Below, piece by piece: positions 41,236 through 57,155 of a DNA stretch of 64,000 bases (its first letter is position 1; each line of letters starts with the position of its first letter). The stretch spans positions 83,576,001 through 83,640,000 of the forward strand of contig OZ024743.1 in NCBI GenBank assembly GCA_964016885.1. Reading direction: 5' to 3'. The DNA comes from Eledone cirrhosa (taxonomy: Eukaryota). The position numbers were made by a program, and so were the translations under genes. Below the pieces are notes generated by a model. The model was given only the letters and a program-made list of their open reading frames with translations, did no database searches and was not told where the DNA came from.

Positions 41236-42070
41236 TAGTCCACAGTCCTCAAATGTGCCACAATTGAAGTCAATAAATTCAAAGAACCAGCAAGAATCAC
41301 AAGTCGGTGGACTGAACACTTTAAAGATCTGTTTGACCACCCATCTGTAGTTGATGAGGGAATTATTAATGGACTGCCGCAAAGAGAGACTGTAACAGAG
41401 ATGGTGAATGTCCTAACCATTGATGAGATAAGGTCTACTATCAAAGAGATAAACATAGGGTAAGCTCTAGGTTTGGATGGAATACCAGTTGTGCTGATCC
41501 GCTTTGAAGGAGACAATGTTGCTATGGCCATTCATGGGCTAGTCTTATCTGTACGGCAGGGTGAGCTTGTCTAGCAAAACTGGGTAGATGCAATTTTGCT
41601 GTCCATTTACAAGGGCAATGGCTCCAAGTCGGAATGCGATGATTATCGTGGTACAAGTCTGCTCGAATCGGTGGGAACCGTCTTATCCAAGGTCTTGGTG
41701 AATCGTCTAATAAAATGGATATGCCCTGGTACCATCCCCGAGACCCAATGTGGATTCAGAGCTGGGCGGGGTACTATGGACATGATTTTCTCAGCCCGTC
41801 AGCGCATGGAGAAGTGTGTTGAGCAGCAAGTGTCACTGTACCAAGAATTTGTGGACTTTACAAAAGCCTTTGATACTGTTAATCGTAATGCATTGTGGGT
41901 CATATTGAGGAAATTTGGATGCTCCCCTGAATTTGTTGGAATATTAAAAAGAACTTCATCAAAATATGAAGGCAAAGGTGAACTTCAATGGGACATTTTC
42001 AGAGCAAATTTCAGTGGAAAACGATGTTAAGCAGAGTAAGTTACTTACAGCCACTCTGATCTCCATCAAC
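41236..42070 (+). pseudogene. RTE-clade LINE upstream part in opposite orientation (5' inversion)
   Basis: IYKGNGSKSECDDYRGTSLL, PETQCGFRAGRGTMDMIFSARQ, FVDFTKAFDTVNR. Confidence 0.85.
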
Positions 42071-42084
42071 TTTGCGGGCAGCTG

Positions 42085-42710
42085 ACATATATCTACCCAG
42101 AATCTCCCCAGCAAGTCTAGTTGGAATTCAAGATGCTCGAGGATGTCCCGACACACCTGCAAGTGCCGCTTCCTCTGGAGATTGTTCAGCAGCTTCAACA
42201 CCATCTTCGCCCAAATCTTTGGTGATAATCTTCCAAACGATGTCGTGGTTCATGTCCAGCTCACTAGCAAACAGTCGAACAGTCAGCCGACGATCGCCAT
42301 ACACCACCTACCACACGCGGTCCTGCTCGCTCAAGGCCTTCCACTCCTGGGGTCGTTTTCCTCACGTCCATCCCAATTTGATCTTTTGTGCCACTTGAAA
42401 ACCCTAGAACGCGATATCGTCTCATCTCCGTACATTTGCTGCAGTATTCCGAGTGATTCTGACAGAGCTTTCCTCAGCCGGGCCAGAAACTTCAGCTGGT
42501 TCGTTGCTCTGTGATCATCGCTCGACGGCCTAAAATTGAGGAACTGTTTAAAAAAGAACATGAAAAAATATACAATGGCTCCAGAGAGCTGAAATCATAG
42601 TTATATATTCCCCGGGTATGACGTCATATGGAAACACAACCCGTTAATCCCCACTCCTCTATTAGTTTACACAGCACACTAAGTCCTGTTACTTTTCTGA
42701 CATACCTCGT
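42085..42710 (-). mobile_element. Mariner 5' fragment (TIR plus HTH region)
   Basis: LKFLARL..LQQMYGDETISRSRVFKWHKR..DPRSGRP; TIR-like ACGAGGTATGTCAGAAAGTAA on the minus strand at 42690-42710. Confidence 0.75.
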
Positions 42711-42927
42711 TTACTCACACACACATGTATATATATATAATTATGTGGATTCCCGATGCAGAGCGGGAAAAGACCACAGTTATAATAATGTACATAATAA
42801 GTTGGCAGAGTATAAGTATCTTTATTTTACATAGAAATTACTTCTATATAACTAGATATATACATATGTTTCTATATGTCTCTTGTGTTGAAAAGGAGGT
42901 CAAGTATGTTAAAAAATCACTGAATAA

Positions 42928-42981
42928 TTGCTCCGAAGACTCCAAACCTCGGTTTGGAAGAAACAATTGTAAGCAAATAAA
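42928..42981 (+). ncRNA. Type I HHR-like motif, C4 core variant
   Basis: ttgct-CCGAAGA-c-tccaaacc-tc-ggtttgga-a-GAAA-caattg-TA-agcaa, then AATAAA. Confidence 0.7.
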
Positions 42982-43172
42982 TGATTTAAACAGAACTTTG
43001 ATTCATGTAATCTCTATATAACTGCTCTGTAAAACAACTGATGTTGTTACATTGAGCTATTTATCTTACTGGTAATAAGATAGTAATAAATTACTGTCTT
43101 TCACTATTTAGGGTATAAATATATATAACTATAAAAGGTTTTAGTATATACATAACCATAAATAGTATCCTT

Positions 43173-43242
<70 letters not shown>

Positions 43243-43351
43243 AATTAGTATATCTACTAACATATATATACAGATGCATACTTATGCCAGCAAATATATA
43301 GGTTTTGTCTTAGTAACTTTGTGGTTCAATGCATTGGGATGCAGAACAATA

Positions 43352-43675
<324 letters not shown>

Positions 43676-44189
43676 TCGCTTGTGGGTGAATAAATGAAGC
43701 GCGATATTTGCTAAGTATAACAGATTTATATTTCCATATTATTTCCTTTCATTTACTTTTTCCAATGTAAGCCTTCTTTTTTATTACTTCTTGCTCCAGT
43801 TTGTCAGTAACATCTGTAAACTAGAAACTTCTCTGTCAGCTGAGTAAACTATGTCAGCTTAGTAAGATGTATCGTATTGCAACTAAGACCGCGTGCAACT
43901 GTTGCAGCGAATGTCTTTTTCTGTGTGTCTACGCACGTCAAGAACAGACGGTTATATATATACTTATATACATACATACACACAATATAATGTAATATAA
44001 TTGTTTCTATTTTAGGCACAAGGCCAGCAATTACCCAGTACATTACTGGTACTGTATTTTATCGACCCCGTAAGGATGAAAGGCAAAGTTAACCTCGGAC
44101 GGATTTGAACTCAGATCTTAAATGGATGTAACTATGCTGGAAAGCATGTCCGACCCTCTACAATATAATGTAATATAATGTAATATAAT

Positions 44190-44302
44190 ATAGCTGTTGA
44201 AACGGTGGGAGCTCAGCCGTCGGGGTCCCGAATACTACTACTCCAAGTATCGAGTACTCTGGTGAGTAATGGTCTAACTGGTTTTTACTGCATCCATTCT
44301 GA
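44190..44302 (+). mobile_element. Short 3'-terminal fragment of the PLE2/3 pLTR family
   Basis: GAAACGG..GAGCTCAGCCGTCGGGGTC..GAGTACTCTGGTG matches 36944-37050. Confidence 0.75.
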
Positions 44303-44325
44303 TTTATATATACATATATATACAT

Positions 44326-44414
<89 letters not shown>

Positions 44415-44415
<1 letters not shown>

Positions 44416-46615
44416 ATAAAAGGTAAACAGAAATAACAACACAATCGGTACAGTATATGGAAGGGATATATTAGGTTAACGCTTGATATAGCAGGAAGAG
44501 GGCCTTAACGTTTCGGGCGCTAATCCTTCATCAGAAGAAAGAATGAGAAATAAAATAGATCGAGGGGACCGGTGGGATGGAATTAGAAAAAATGTCTTTA
44601 GATAAAAAATAACAGGTCCATTCATGTTGACATCTCTTGCAAAACTGTTGGTGCTGGCGTTTTGTGTATGATTTGTCTTTTAGAAAAGTGGATGATGGAG
44701 CGCATCTACCTGAAATAGAAAAAAGACCGTTTTGTAAAAAGAGCTATACTTGAGCACGTGCTTAAGCATGTGTTTGTGTTTGTGTGTGTGTGTGTTATTA
44801 TAGGTCCGTACGAAGCTAAGAAGAAATGTGTGGTATATATATGTGAGTAAAAGAGTCTGTGTGCATGTAAGTACGAAGCTATGAGCAAAAGTATGTTAAT
44901 ATAAGGATGTGTATCGGCATGTATTAGTTGTAAGAGAAGCTGCTAATGATCAAGAGAAAGCGATGGGAATCTAGGGGTGTGATAATGGACGGGGTATTAG
45001 AGAAATTGGGGATGTGAGTTGAGTCCAAGAAGGGAATAGGACCCAAGGCGGTGAATCAGACTTTGTTCAGGCCTGGTTCGCGAGGCCTGTGATCCATGAT
45101 GTAAAAAGACTCCCAGGACTGAAATATGTAGGGAAGAATGACCAGGATAACAGAAATGACGGGTGACAGGAGTATCCAAACCGAGTCTGATGTCCCTCAA
45201 ATATTCGGCAAAACGGTCCGCCATACGGCGTCCCGTTTGTCCGATATATAAAGCTCCACAAAGGAAACACCGGAGGGAATAGACAACGGGGGGTAGATGT
45301 GCAGGTGAAGGAATAGCGGATACGGAAAGACCCGTTAGGGCTTGTAAGGGCGTTGAGGGTGGAAATAAAGGGACAAGTGTTGCAGCGGGAACGGGAATAA
45401 GGATGAGAGCCGGGTGGAGTCGTGGGTGAGGACGAAAAGGAACTGCGAACCTGGGGGTCGCGGAGGTTGCGGGCGCGCTTAAAAGCAGTAATGGGTGGGT
45501 TTGGAAAAAAGCGAGGATATGTCGCCGGAGTAGTAGGGTGATGGGGTGGTAGGTGGGACGGAAAGGAACACGGGTGTTGGGAGGGCGGGGGTGAGGTGAG
45601 AGGGCTGTGGTGCGTTCTGTTTCACGGGCATGGGTGAGAGCAGCTTGGACCAACGTGGGGGGATATCCACGCTGGATGAAGCAGGAAGCCATGCGAAGGG
45701 AATGGGTTTTGAAATCGTCGTCCTGGCTACAGTGTCGACGAAGACGGAGGCATTTGGAATAGGCTATGGAGTGTTTGGTGTGGATTGGATGGGAGGAGGT
45801 GAAGTCGAGATAAGATTGGGTGTCTGTTGGTTTAATGAAGATGGAAGTAGAGAGGGTGTGGTGAGAGTGATTAATAGATAGAGAGATATCTAGAAAAGCG
45901 ACAGAAGAATCGGAGACGGAGGCGGTGAAATTGAGAGCAGGGTGGAAAGATTGGACAAAAGAAAGAAAACAGTCGAGTTGTTCTCGTGATGGAGATGTGG
46001 CGCCGATACAGTCGTCGATATAACGACCGTATAACTCAGGAGTCGGTACAGCGTACTGGGAGAAGATCTGGGCTTCGACGTAGCCAACAAACAAGTTGGT
46101 ATAGTTTGAACCCATTCTGGTTCCCATCGCTACCCCAGAGACCTGCTGGAAAAATTCACCCGAAAAAGACAATCCATTAAGGGTGAGAACAAGCTCAGCC
46201 AGACGGAGAAGCGTGGTAGTGCTGGGGTAAGGGGTAGGGCGTAAATCTAAAAATTGCTGCAGAGCGTGGCGGCCGTCATCATAAGGGATGACAGTATAGA
46301 GAGAAGTGATGTCCAGAGTAAAGAGAAGGCGGGAGGGTCCAGGAAGGAAGGAGAAAGAGTTGAAGAGTCTAAGGGCATGATTTGTATCGTGGTTGTGGGA
46401 GGGGAGATTGCCGACCAACGGGGCGAGGATGGTGTCTAAATATTCAGAAATTATCTCGATGAGGCAGTTGCACGCAGAAACGATAGGACGGGCAGGATTA
46501 TTTTGTTTGTGTATTTTGGGGAGGAAGTAGATGGTGGGTAAGTGAGGGGTGCGTACAATAAGGTTGGTGGCTGTGGGGAGTAGGTGGGAGGAGGAGATGA
46601 GCTCGTGATGGTGGA
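44415..46615 (-). mobile_element. PLE5: Neptune-type PLE, 5'-truncated, with 3' pLTR
   Basis: ORF 44997-46615: FLPKIHK..RPIVS, LDITSLYT, GVAMGTRMG, RYIDD, FLDI, VVYSLRCFLCGALYIGQTGR; Cys linker RCNTCP lies in an alternate frame. Confidence 0.92.
44503..44538 (-). ncRNA. Minimal type I HHR in the PLE5 pLTR
   Basis: tctt-CTGATGA-aggattagcgccc-GAAA-cg-TT-aagg; palindromic AACGTT. Confidence 0.75.
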
Positions 46616-47057
46616 GATACATATATATATATATATATATATTTAGAGAGAGAGAGAGAGGGAGAGAGAGAGAGCGAGAGGGGGAGAAAGAGAGAGAGCG
46701 TGAGAGAGAAAGAGAGAGAGAGGGAGGGTGATTCACTCATTATTATGTAATGAGCCTTGTTATTCAGGGTCATCAGACAAGAACTAACGTTTCAATGACA
46801 GACACAGTATATATAAGGAAGACTTGGAGTGGGTGAAGGAAGTAATAATGGTTTCTACTATAGGCACAAGGCCAGTAATTTGGGGGGAGGGGAAAGTCGA
46901 TTAAATCGACCCCAGTGCGTGACTGGTACTTTATTTTATCGACCCCGTAAGGATGAAAGGCAACGTTAACCTCGGCGGGATTTGAACTCAGATTATAAAG
47001 GGCCGTAACTCTATTCTGCAAAGCATGTTGTCCGACGCCCTACCGATATTTCCAGTA

Positions 47058-48765
<1,708 letters not shown>

Positions 48766-48809
48766 TTCGTACAGGTCTAACGGGAGGAAGAAGGGGTCTA
48801 GTCCGTGAA

Positions 48810-49361
48810 TTCGGTAAACATAAGTTCTGATGGATTTTAAAGTTTGTTCAAAAGTCTTTTGGATCTGATTAAAGGGTTTTCTTTTGTTTTTTCTGACATG
48901 AATTGTCTTCTCCTTATCACGTAAGATTTGTATCTGATGTCTTCATGCACAACATTTCTGATTGTTTTTTCTGACACACCAAAATTTTTTGCAATTGGCC
49001 TCATTGATTTTCCTGGATTGTCATCAATGTTTTGCTTAACTTCCTGAATAAATTCAGATGTCCTGATAGAATCAGAGCGTTTTGAATGTTTTTTTACGTT
49101 TTGCTATAGGTAATACGCTTCCATCTTCTTTCTGTAACACACACCGAATCTTGTGGACAAAAGATCTTGCAACTTTCAGAAAACGAGAAATTTCTAAACA
49201 CCCATGCTTAGCCTTCAAAGCCACAATCACAACATGCCTTTTCATTTCATTAATAAGCATAGTTATTTTCATTATTTTCTGAAATAGAAGTTCAATAAAA
49301 AATTAGTCAAATAAAATAATGACTAAAAATGCATGTGTCCTCAAATACCGTCCGCACCCTG
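48810..49361 (-). mobile_element. Tc1/maT-like transposon 5' fragment
   Basis: MKRHVVIVAL..EISRFLKVARSFVHKIR..NPGKSMRPIAK..VSEKTIRNVVHEDIRYKSY; terminal CAGGGTGCGGACGG. Confidence 0.75.
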
Positions 49362-49364
49362 GGC

Positions 49365-49919
49365 AGATTCAGCATTCAGTGATCAGAAGGGAAGTAGACG
49401 TAAAAGCCACACTCGCTATCTTCAATTCGGTATTCGAGCCAACCTTTACCTGTGGTCACGAATCTTGGGTAATGGCCGAAAGAATACGATCGCGAATACA
49501 AGCAGCCGAAATGGGGTTCCTCCGAAGGGACTTTTGAGTAACGTTACTCGATAGAGTGCGTAGCTTAGAGATCAGAGAGTCGCTCCAAGTAGAGTCGCTA
49601 GTTCTTCGAATTGAGGGATCACTGTTCCGATACTATGGGCATATGGTTAGAATGTCTCAGGAAAGAATCGCTGGACACATCTTATGGGCAAAACCAACCG
49701 TCAGGAGACCCAGGGGTAGACCCCTCGCAAGATGGTTGGATAACATCCTTGAGCTTGACTTGTCTCGCTTGGGGCTCCAGCCGGATCAGTTAGAGGTGGT
49801 TGCTTTTGACAGGACCAGCTGGAAGGAGTCTTTGAGGACTCTGCCCCAACGACCTTCTCAGGAATAAGTGAGCGAGGAAGAAGAAGAAGAAGAAGAAGAA
49901 GAAGAAGAAGAAGAAGAAG
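49365..49919 (+). pseudogene. RTE-clade LINE 3' fragment with (GAA)n tail
   Basis: GHESWVM..RIQAAEMGFLRR..YYGHMVRM..RPRGRP..RWLD; GAA tail at 49878-49919. Confidence 0.88.
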
Positions 49920-51096
49920 GTATATATTGTTGATGCAGCATAGGTGAATGGTTAATCATTAGTTCCTGAGTTTGACCCCTACTGCGTAGTATCATGGGTA
50001 ACTGTTGTGGATTGGCAGTATCGGTAGAGGGTCAGACACCATGCTTTCCAGCATAGTTACGTCCCTTTACGATCTGAGTTCAAATCCCGCCGAGGTTGAC
50101 TTTGCCTTTCATCCTTACGGGGTCGATAAAATAAAGTACCAGTAATGTACTGGGTGATTGCTGGCCTTGTGCCTAAAGTAGAAACAGTTATTTACCATAG
50201 CTTCGTGTCGACTCAGAGTCAATGCCTGGGTATCTAGCTAACCCTACAATGTGCTCCAATTTCTGCCAGGTGTGCGTCTCATTCTAACAAATAAAATAAT
50301 TTCATCTTACAATTTCGTAAGCTGACGAAACTAATTTTCCACACTTCTTGCTTTAACCACACTAAAATAAATTATTAAGCGTGCTTTTCCACTACACAGT
50401 CCACACTCACTCCCACTAAAACCCTATGACAGATCGTAACACCATATGGCCATTTCTATTACTTTATATATTTCCACAACACTACTACGCGACAAAGATG
50501 TTCAACGATTCATTCATTGATCACAGGAAATTATTATGTACTGGATTGGCAGTATTGGTAGAGAGTCGGACACCATGCTTTGAAGCATAGAGTTACGTCC
50601 CTTTATGATATGAGTTCAAATCCCGCCGAGGTTAACTTTGCCTTTCATCCTTACGGGGTCGATAAAATAAAGTACCAGTAATGTACTGATAATTGCTGAC
50701 CTTGTGCCAAAAGTAGAAACAATTATATACTAGGGTTTAATCAACACACTGTGTGCGTGTATGTGCATATGCATACATTTATATGTGTGAGTATATAAAC
50801 GCGCAAACACAGGCACATTTACAAAAAATACACACTCACAGATAAAAATTCACACAAACACACACGCACATACATTTACACAACCACACACATACACATT
50901 CACTCATACACTGCGTAGCAAATAGAATGCCAGCAATTGTTTTGGTATAGTTTTTTTTCACCATCCCCTTCCTTTTTTTACACACACATACATTCACACA
51001 CACACACACACATACACATTGTGTGACGGACGGAAGTCGCTCAAATCTTTATATAGATTTAATCAACTTAAACCAATTTATGTAAAACTGTGATCT

Positions 51097-51162
51097 TGTA
51101 GAGGTCAATAATTTGCCTCATGTGCGCCCTACATAATAGTGAGGCAAATTATTGACCGCTAC
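51097..51162. repeat. Small hairpin or mini-MITE with 24-bp arms
   Basis: TGTAGAGGTCAATAATTTGCCTCA..TGAGGCAAATTATTGACCGCTACA. Confidence 0.8.
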
Positions 51163-51600
51163 AAAGGCGGATGGGTTGGCAGTATCGGTAGAGTGTCGGA
51201 CGCCATGCTTTGTAGCATAGAGTTACGCCCCTTTACGGTCTGAGTTCAAATCCCGCCGAGGTTAACTTTGCCTTTAATCCTTACGGGATCCATAAAATAA
51301 AATACCAGTAATGCATTGGGATAATTGCCGGCCTTGTGCCAAAAGTAGAAACAATTTTTATGTGCGCCCGAGACGACTGCCTAGTCGGCTTAAATTGCAG
51401 CGCCTGCGCTGATCAGACCATTTGCATTACAGTAAATTCCATGGTTCCAAAGATTTGGATAACCAACAATTCGTCAGATCTGACAAAGGTTGTATTTACT
51501 TTACGTTATAACAGCCAAATAATTTTAAAGTAAAGTAAAAAATAATTTCTGGCGTGTAAAGAATAATTGTGTATGCCGTCTATTGTCTTATATATATGCA

Positions 51601-51639
<39 letters not shown>

Positions 51640-51802
51640 GTGTGTGTGTGTGTATGTATATACACATACACACGCAAACACACAGACGAGTCTTGATATA
51701 TTCCAAAACACAACTTTTCTTTTTTAATGACATTTCCATATGAACGTTTGTGTTGTTTTTACAGAACATCTAAGACATTGTTTTGTTTTACACGCACACA
51801 CG

Positions 51803-51850
<48 letters not shown>

Positions 51851-52245
51851 CATATGCATGCATATCTATCTTTCTCCATATATATATATATATATATACA
51901 TACATACATATGTTTGTGCGTGTGTGCATGCATGTATGTGTTTGTGTGTATGTGTGTGTGTGTGTGTCTGTGTCTACACACCCACATGCACCATTAAGTG
52001 TATCAAGAATAACTCTTGATGTAAAGAAAAAGATGAAGTTTTAAATAAAAATAAATATTTACGTTAACACCTTTTTGTTATCAATTTCAATATTTTATTT
52101 TATTTATTTTATTTTATTTTATTTTATTTTATTTCATTTTATTTCATTTTATTTTATTTATTTCTATGTATTTGTCACTATTTTTGTTTTTTTACTTATT
52201 AATTTTATATATTTCAGTATTTTCTTTGTTTTGAAACTGGCGTGT

Positions 52246-52725
52246 ACAACAGCACCACCACCATCACCACTGCCGACACCAACACCACCTCCACCACTGC
52301 CAGCACCACCACAACACCACAACCACCACTGCCACTGCCACTACCACCACCACCACCAACACCACTGCCAACACCAACACCAACACCACCACCAAGACCA
52401 ACACCACGACCACCACCACCACTGCCACTGCCAACACCAATATAACACCGCCACCACCACTGTCAACACCACCACCACTACCACCACCACTACCACCACC
52501 ACTACCACCCCCACTACCACCACCACCAACAACAACAACAACAACACCAACAACAACACCAACACTAACACCACCACCAACACCAACACCACCAACAACA
52601 ACAACAACAACACCACCACCATCACCACCACCACCAGCAACAACAACAACAACAACAACAAAACCACCACCACCACCATCACCACCACCACCAGCAACAC
52701 TACAACTGCCAACAACAACAACACA
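52246..52725. repeat. (ACC/AAC)n compound microsatellite; a similar tract lies at 55322-55550
   Basis: Directly visible. Confidence 0.95.
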
Positions 52726-52941
52726 TGATATACTGAAATTCTTTTGTACTTTTCTTCCTGGTTTCTGTTTGGTTTTAAGATTTTATGTTCGTTTAATAAT
52801 GTTTATGTATTTTAAAGTTTATAATTTAATACATATTTAAATAGGCGGCGAATTGGCAGAGTAATTAGAATGGCGGCTAAAATGTCATTACCGTATTTGT
52901 TCTAGCTCTTTAAGCTATGAATTCAAATCCCACCGAGGTCA

Positions 52942-53470
52942 CTGGGTGCTGCAGGCTTCCCCTCCCAGCTTGAGCCGGTGGGACTGAACCGAGGTGACGG
53001 TAAAAGGCCTCGCGGCACGACCACCTTCCCGTTCTGCGGTGGTAAACCTTTCATCTGGGATGCCACATGCAGCGACACATTGTCCAGCGGCAACCTGGTG
53101 CAGTCTGCGATTAACCCAGGTGCTGCTACACTTCTGGCCGAGGAGGGTAAACTCTCCAAATATTGGTCGCTCTTCGACAGGTTTGACAGGTTTGCGGTCG
53201 AGCCCGTAGCAGTGGAGATGTCTGGTCTCCTTGGCCCTAGGACCACCTCCCTACTCACCACCATCGGCACGGAGTTGGGTACATGCATGTGTGAGGCTCG
53301 GGAGCTGGAATGGCTCTTCCAACACGTCTCCCTCAACATCCACCGGAGAAACGCGTGGGCTCCCGTTTATTCATAATAGTGAGAGATGGGGAGAGTGGGA
53401 GAGACGGAGGCAGTGAAAATGAAACAAACTTACAATTTGAATAAGAACGAATTTAAAAATGTAATAATTT
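52942..53470 (+). pseudogene. CRE-like non-LTR element 3' fragment (restriction-like endonuclease) inserted in a SINE
   Basis: LEPVGLNRGDGKRPRG..WDATCSDT..AEEGKLSKY..PVAVEMSGLLG..LFQHVSLNIHRRNA; SINE halves lie on each side. Confidence 0.8.
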
Positions 53471-53999
53471 ACACTTTGCCTTACACTCTTTCGAGGTCGA
53501 TAAAAGAGGTACCAGTCTATTACTTAGGTCGGACCTTTCTTTCCTTCCCTGGAAGAAATCGACTGCGTTTAAAGTGCCCATTCCACGTTATACTCGTATG
53601 TAATGAGGGTGCGCCTACGACTCATTACGGATGGGTACATACATACGTATTTCAATAGATTTTAGTAATGGCGACCAAGGAAAGTATTTTATTTTGTTCT
53701 GGAAGTGTAACGAGGGGCTCCCTGGTTACATAAAGCATGTCTTGGTCATCTTCAACGTCACAGAGCCTAACCTTCTCCAATTTCTTCCAGATAAAAGACA
53801 GCGAGAGAGAGAAATAAATAAAGAAATAAAGAAAGAAATATAGAGGAAGAATTAACCTCAGTACCGGACTGGTACTTTATCTATCAACCTCGAAAGGATG
53901 AAAGACAAACTTGACTTTAGCGGGATTTGACCTCAGAGAGTAGAGAGTCGGAACGAATACTTCAATAAATAACTGATATACCTTCTAACTTTGCCCACA

Positions 54000-54170
54000 A
54001 ACAGCTAGCATTGGTGAATAGGCATGGATCAATATTAATTCATGACAATGTCAGACCCCACCCCTCTTAGATGAATGTGACTAAGTTTCAAAACTGGGAT
54101 TATAAAGTTTTGCAATATCCTCCATATTCGACCGATATTTCACCAATAAATTATCACATTTTGAGCTTCA
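54000..54170 (+). pseudogene. Mariner transposase catalytic-domain remnant
   Basis: LVNRHGSILIHDNVRPH..KVLQYPPYSTDISPINYHI resembles HDNARPH and HPPYSPDLAPSDYHL. Confidence 0.7.
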
Positions 54171-54469
54171 TGTCCACGATAAATAGTTCAACAGCTAAGA
54201 AGGCAGCATCAATTCATTTATTGGGTTTGTGATCACTAAGCCTGGAAAAGCGTAATGGGCCCCTTTTTCTCCTTCCTTATTAAACAGTAAAAAAGGGGAT
54301 TTTTCTGGAACGGACCTGTGTAAAATGCTAGAGGTTTGTCCACTTCGTGGTCAACTTTATTATTCAGCAGTTTAGTCAACTTTATGAAACAGATTTTGAC
54401 CGAGTCAAATTACCTTAAGTAATTTCAAATGAAATTATTTTGTTTTGTTTTTTGTTGTTGTTATACGTG

Positions 54470-54945
54470 GCTGGCAAAGGACTTGATCTGAGACCATATG
54501 TTGAAACTAAAATAATTACTCTTTAGAAGAGTCATTTTAACCATAGTAGTACTTGTCTGGCAAGTGACTAGATCCAAGATCATATGTTAGAACTAAAGCA
54601 ACCACCGTGTAGAAGAGACATTTTCACCACAGTTGTATTTGTTTTGCAAATGACTTGATCTGAGACTATGTTTTGAAACTAAAATAATTACTCTTTAGAA
54701 GAGTCATTTTAACCATAGTAGTACTTGTCTGGCAAGTGACTAGATCCAAGATCATATGTTAGAACTAAAGCAACCACCGTGTAGCAGAGACATTTTCACC
54801 ACAGTTGTATTTGTTTTGCAAATGACTTGATCTGAGACTATGTTTTGAAACTACAGCATTTATTATGTAGAATAGTCATTTTAGCCACAGTTGTACTTGT
54901 CTGGCAAGTGACCTAATTTGGGACCGTTTGTTAAAACTAAAGCAA
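54470..54945. repeat. ~86-bp monomers arranged as 172-bp AB dimers
   Basis: ACTTGATCTGAGAC at about 54481, 54653 and 54825 alternates with ACTAGATCCAAGATC. Confidence 0.85.
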
Positions 54946-56597
54946 TGTGTGAACGTTTCCTTTTAGTCATTCAAGACCAGACAAAATCTGTTTACTTCAC
55001 TTTATATTTATAATTTATTTCTTAGTGTCAAAACTTTCGTCGCACTGTCTGTCACCTGGTCATTGACAAAGCCTCACTTGTTTTTATTTTGGATATTTTA
55101 ATAATTATTCTTCTTTTACGTTTCAACATAAAGGTTTATGTTATATAACATATTTCTCTGTGATTCAGTGCATTAAGTTATGTTTACATGTGTTTATATT
55201 CTGCGTGTCACAGGTTTTATTTATCATTTATTTAATTTCTTTTTCTATAAGTTCTCTGATTTTTATTCTTGGAACATACGAGTTCATTGGATGAATGTAA
55301 AATAAATTATAGTTCTTTAAATAACACCAACAGTACCACTCCAACAGTGACAACATCACTATCAACAACACTAACACTAACACCAACACCAACACTACAA
55401 CACCACCTTCACCACCAGCACCACCAACACCAACACCAACACCACCACCAACACCAACACCACAACACCAACAACACCACCATCACCAACACCAACACCA
55501 CAACACCAACACCAACACCATCACCAACAACAACAACAACAATAACAATAATTAACTCATATTTTCTAGATAATCTTTTTTTAATTATTTTGTTTATTTG
55601 TCTCCAATGTATAATTAATGAAAAACTTGAAAACCTTTCCCACCATTTTTCAAATCTCGTGACATTTTCTATGTGTATGTGTTTGTGTATGTGTGTGTGT
55701 GTTTGTGTGTGTATGTATATATGTATGTGTATGTATGTATGTATATATATGTATGTATATAAGTATGTATGTATATAAGTATGTATGTATATAAGTATGT
55801 ATATATGTTTTTATATAAGTATGCATGACTGTATGTATGTGTTTTTATATATATGTATGTATGTATGCATGAATGTATGTTTGTATGTACGTATGTATGT
55901 ATATAAGTATGTATATACATAGTGTGTAAATATGTGTATACACATGTACCGCGCGGTTAAACCACTGGGAGTGAAGGACCCCTAGCCTTTGTCAGGGCAT
56001 TCTTCAAGGAGAAGGCAACTCAGGAAACTGGGATAACTCCAATATAAAACCTGCGGCTCAGTAGTTACCGATGATGTTGATCTTTTCTTCTTTTCGGGTT
56101 ATAGCTACTGTCGCTCAGAGAGTGGGATTGGCTCAGTGCACAGTCTTTCCTCACTTAAAACAATATCTTCACGCACAGGCATTGCACGATAGCTTAATTA
56201 ATAATTGTTTCTACTTTTGGCACAAGGCCAGCAATTACCCAATACATTACTGGTAATTTATTTTATCGACCCCGTAAGGATGAAAGACAAAGTTAACTTC
56301 GGCGGGATTTGAACTCAGACTATAAAGGGACGTAACTATGCTAGAAAGCATGGCGTCCAACCCTCTACCGATACTGCCAATTCACCGCCCTTAATTAATA
56401 GCTTAATTAATAATTATTACTAATGGTATATCGTGCAATGGCCATACTCGATAAGGAGGGGGTAGCTATCATATAAGTATGTATGTATGTTTTTATATAT
56501 GTATGCATGAATGTATGTATGTATATATGTGAGATTTATTTCAGTTCAGAATTGAAGCCAATTCCTAACCAAGTAACAAGACTTGTTTCAGTAAATG

Positions 56598-57155
56598 ACA
56601 ACAACGCCATCACCTCCAACACCATCACAACAACACTACCAACACCACAGCAACACCGCCAACATCACCATAACAACGCCATCAGCTCCAACACCATCAC
56701 AACAACACTACCAACACCACAGCAACACCGCCAACATCACCATAACAACGGTATCAGCTCCAACACCATCAGAACAACACTACCAACACCACAGCAACAC
56801 CGCCAACATCACCATAACAACGCCATCAGCTCCAACACCATCACAACAACACTACCAACACCACAGCAACACCGCCAATATCACCATAACAACAACGCCA
56901 TCAACTCCAACACCATCGCAACAACACCAACACCACCAACACTTCCATAACAACAACGCCATCACCTCGAACACCACCACAACACCACCAATACCACCAC
57001 AACACCACCAACACCACCATAACAACACCACGACTACAACACCACCAACATTACCATAACAACACCACGACCCCCCACAACACTACCGACAACAACACCA
57101 ACTCCATACCTCGTACATCACCACAACATCACCACCACCACAACAACAATAACAA
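56598..57155. repeat. 72-bp minisatellite (about 4 copies) grading into an ACC/AAC tract
   Basis: 24-aa periodicity in the ORF track. Confidence 0.9.

Noticed and set aside
46770-46795. TCATCAG..AACGTTTC near the PLE5 5' end
   Set aside because: Motif order is wrong for type I and there is no stem I pairing for type II.
52075-57059. Mucin-like or His-rich ORFs (52075, 55269, 56483, 56595)
   Set aside because: ACC/AAC repeats open in several frames, with no evidence of exon structure.
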